DNA of 27,264 nucleotides from a virus (Duplodnaviria; Heunggongvirae; Uroviricota; Caudoviricetes): IMG/VR virus record IMGVR_UViG_2690316318_000023, positions 1 to 27,264 of that record; one strand, 5' to 3'. Shown piece by piece: positions 25,048 to 27,264 of this stretch (position 1 is its first letter; each line of letters starts with the position of its first letter). The notes under the pieces were generated by a model. It saw only the letters and a program-made list of their open reading frames with translations, ran no database searches and was not told where the DNA came from. The position numbers and the translations under genes were made by a program.

Positions 25048-27264
25048 TCAACGGATACTGATGCCGGAAGCAGCTTTTTTGGTCACAATCACCGTACAGT
25101 CGGTGATATTGCCTGCCCCCTGATTCCCTTTCTGGAAAATCTTAAACTCCAGAGTGACGCTTCCCCTGCCACTCGGCATATCAATAACCGCACTGTAACT
25201 ACCGGGAATGGCCCCTTTAGTTTCTCTGGATGCGATTAATACGCCGTTTTTGCGAACTTCAAATCCATAACCCGTGTACCTTGTACCTCCCGGGTTATTA
25301 CCACTTCCCGGATCGGTATACGCTATACCGTTAAAGATAATGGGCGGGATAATAATCTGACGGTCAAAGTTATGATCATCGCTGATGGTGACTGTAACCT
25401 TCCCGTCTGGCGTTTCCGTGTTACCCCACGTACCGACTTTTTTCGGGAAGGCTTTTGATACAGCTTTAACGAAATCCCCTCTGACCTGGGTCGCCTCCAG
25501 CATGCCCTTAATCGTACAGTTCTCACTTATCGTGACATTGTTGAGCGTTCCTGAGTTCGCATTCACGTTACCGCTGATATCAGCGTTTTTCGCCGTCAGC
25601 CGCCCGTCCGGTGTCAGGGAAAATGCCGGAGGATTGCCGCCGCTGGTGATGGTCGGGGCCGTCAGACGCTTCAGGAACACGTCGTTCATGAATATCTGAT
25701 CGCCCTGACCAACAAACATTGGTCGTGTGTTGCCATTAGACGGATCAATAAACGCAATACGGTTAGCGGCAACCAGAAACTGGCTCAGCTTGCCTTCTTC
25801 CGTGTCCTCCATACTGAGGCCAATACCCGCGACATAATGTTTGCCGTCTTTGGTCTGCTCAATTTTGACAGCCCACATGGCATTCCACTTATCGTTAGCG
25901 TCCTGCCACTCTTTCGAAAACTCCTCCAGTTTGCTGGCGTTATCCTCCGTCAGATCGACTTTTTCCAGCAGCTCTTTACCGAGATGGGATTCGGTTATCT
26001 TTCCTTTGAAAAAATCCAGGTAACCTTCCGCATCATCGCTCGCCCGACCGACAGCCTCCACGAATACAGATTTGCCAACGGTGTTCACACTGCGGATATA
26101 AAAGTAGTAATCATGGCCCGGTTTAATATTGATACTGGCGGCTATCCAGTACAGCCCCGTGCCAAGATAGCGCGCGCTGGTTTCAACCTGCCGGATATCG
26201 GCAATCCGCTTTTCCGAAAACCAGAACTCAAACTGTACCGTCGGGTCATAAACCGCAAGATGCGGCGTGGCGGTTATCTGAAAATAGCCCGGCGTCAGCT
26301 CAATCCGAGACGGCGCTGCCGGTGCGGCAATCCTGAACGATACCGACGCCGGGTCGCCCTGCTGTCCCCACGCATTTACCGCCCGGACTGTCAGCCTGTA
26401 GTTCCCCAGCGCCAGTTGCGTGAAGCGGTATGTGGTTTCCGCCGTCCGGGCCGTGCTGACCAGCCGCTCACTGCCGTCATCCGCTGCCACGGTCAGGCGA
26501 AGCAGGAAACTCACGCCCTTCACCACCTTCGGCGTGTCCCAGCGGGCCAGTACCTGATACTCCCCGCTGTCTGCGGTGACTTCGGCAGTCAGGTGCTGCA
26601 CCGCTGGCGGCGTGACACCATTCACCGTGCCGCTCTGGTCGCCGTCAAAGTGCGCCCCGTTATCCACGATGGCTTCTTTTTCCGGTACATGCTGCACGGC
26701 AGTGATGGCATACGTGCCGTCATCGTTCTCACGGATACTCACACAGCGGAACAGGCGCTGGCGCAACGTCGGCAACTTCAGCCCCCACACGCTGTATTCT
26801 GCAACGCCGTCAGGAACACGGCTCACTTTCACCTTCACGCCGTCGGTGACGGACTGAACCTCCACGCTGACCGGATTGCCACTTCCGTCAACCAGTCTTA
26901 TCAGCGTGGTACCGGAGGATGGCAGCGTGATTTCACGGTCGAGCGTCAGCGTCCGGGTCTGGCTGTTCACCGCCAGCACGCGCCCGCCGGTGCTGATACC
27001 GGCATAGTCATCATCGCAGATTTCAATGACATCGCCCGGTACATGGCGAAGCCCTTCAGCACCCACGCTGAAGTCCACGGTCTGCGTTTCCAGCAGTTCT
27101 GTTTTAATCAGCCACAGCCCGGCTCGGTGTGCCTGCCCCCGACTGGTACAGCCAAAGGCATCCATCTTCGTGACGTTACGACCGTAACGGGCAATGGCCT
27201 GCGTGTCCTCCACAAGCTCTGTTGCCGTCTCCCAGCCGTTGTTCGGGTCAATCCAGTTCACCTC
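25048..27264 (-). CDS. J: Tail tip / host-specificity protein J, C-terminal about 738 aa (N-terminus lies beyond the window end)
   Basis: ORF open to the window edge; large beta-rich protein upstream of lom-stf-tfa in the same order as lambda. Confidence 0.85.
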   Translation of the reverse strand, partial: EVNWIDPNNGWETATELVEDTQAIARYGRNVTKMDAFGCTSRGQAHRAGLWLIKTELLETQTVDFSVGAEGLRHVPGDVIEICDDDYAGISTGGRVLAVNSQTRTLTLDREITLPSSGTTLIRLVDGSGNPVSVEVQSVTDGVKVKVSRVPDGVAEYSVWGLKLPTLRQRLFRCVSIRENDDGTYAITAVQHVPEKEAIVDNGAHFDGDQSGTVNGVTPPAVQHLTAEVTADSGEYQVLARWDTPKVVKGVSFLLRLTVAADDGSERLVSTARTAETTYRFTQLALGNYRLTVRAVNAWGQQGDPASVSFRIAAPAAPSRIELTPGYFQITATPHLAVYDPTVQFEFWFSEKRIADIRQVETSARYLGTGLYWIAASINIKPGHDYYFYIRSVNTVGKSVFVEAVGRASDDAEGYLDFFKGKITESHLGKELLEKVDLTEDNASKLEEFSKEWQDANDKWNAMWAVKIEQTKDGKHYVAGIGLSMEDTEEGKLSQFLVAANRIAFIDPSNGNTRPMFVGQGDQIFMNDVFLKRLTAPTITSGGNPPAFSLTPDGRLTAKNADISGNVNANSGTLNNVTISENCTIKGMLEATQVRGDFVKAVSKAFPKKVGTWGNTETPDGKVTVTISDDHNFDRQIIIPPIIFNGIAYTDPGSGNNPGGTRYTGYGFEVRKNGVLIASRETKGAIPGSYSAVIDMPSGRGSVTLEFKIFQKGNQGAGNITDCTVIVTKKAASGISIR

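Larger units (their letters stand above)
20868..27264 (-). mobile_element. Lambdoid prophage tail module (J partial, lom, stf, tfa); the prophage continues beyond the window end
   Basis: Gene order and protein sequences closely resemble lambda J-lom-stf-tfa as recalled. Confidence 0.85.

Overview
This 27.3-kb window is mosaic enterobacterial (E. coli-like) accessory DNA with three parts. (1) Positions 1-16438 are a P4/satellite-like integrative element on the minus strand: a tyrosine integrase next to a 46-nt tRNA-Thr 3' fragment, an AlpA regulator, an antirepressor-like gene, a run of small overlapping genes, and an alpha-type primase-helicase. Downstream of the primase, two iteron arrays form a 46-bp perfect inverted repeat (312-357 and 7776-7821) that brackets about 7.4 kb of cargo. 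That cargo holds two uncharacterised modules, which are the best candidates for an undescribed system: an AT-rich two-gene module (361-aa protein plus 145-aa four-helix membrane protein, 770-2305) and a tightly coupled three-gene operon (57, about 488 and 701 aa; 3506-7255) with its own promoter and terminators. (2) Positions 16.4-20.5 kb carry backbone-like genes (GNAT acetyltransferase, XRE-cupin regulator, YkgJ-like cysteine-cluster protein) and a strongly AT-rich membrane GGDEF diguanylate cyclase. (3) Positions 20.9-27.3 kb are the tail end of a lambdoid prophage (J partial, lom, stf, tfa), all on the minus strand. All protein identifications rest on reading the translations and on recalled family features; no database search was run.
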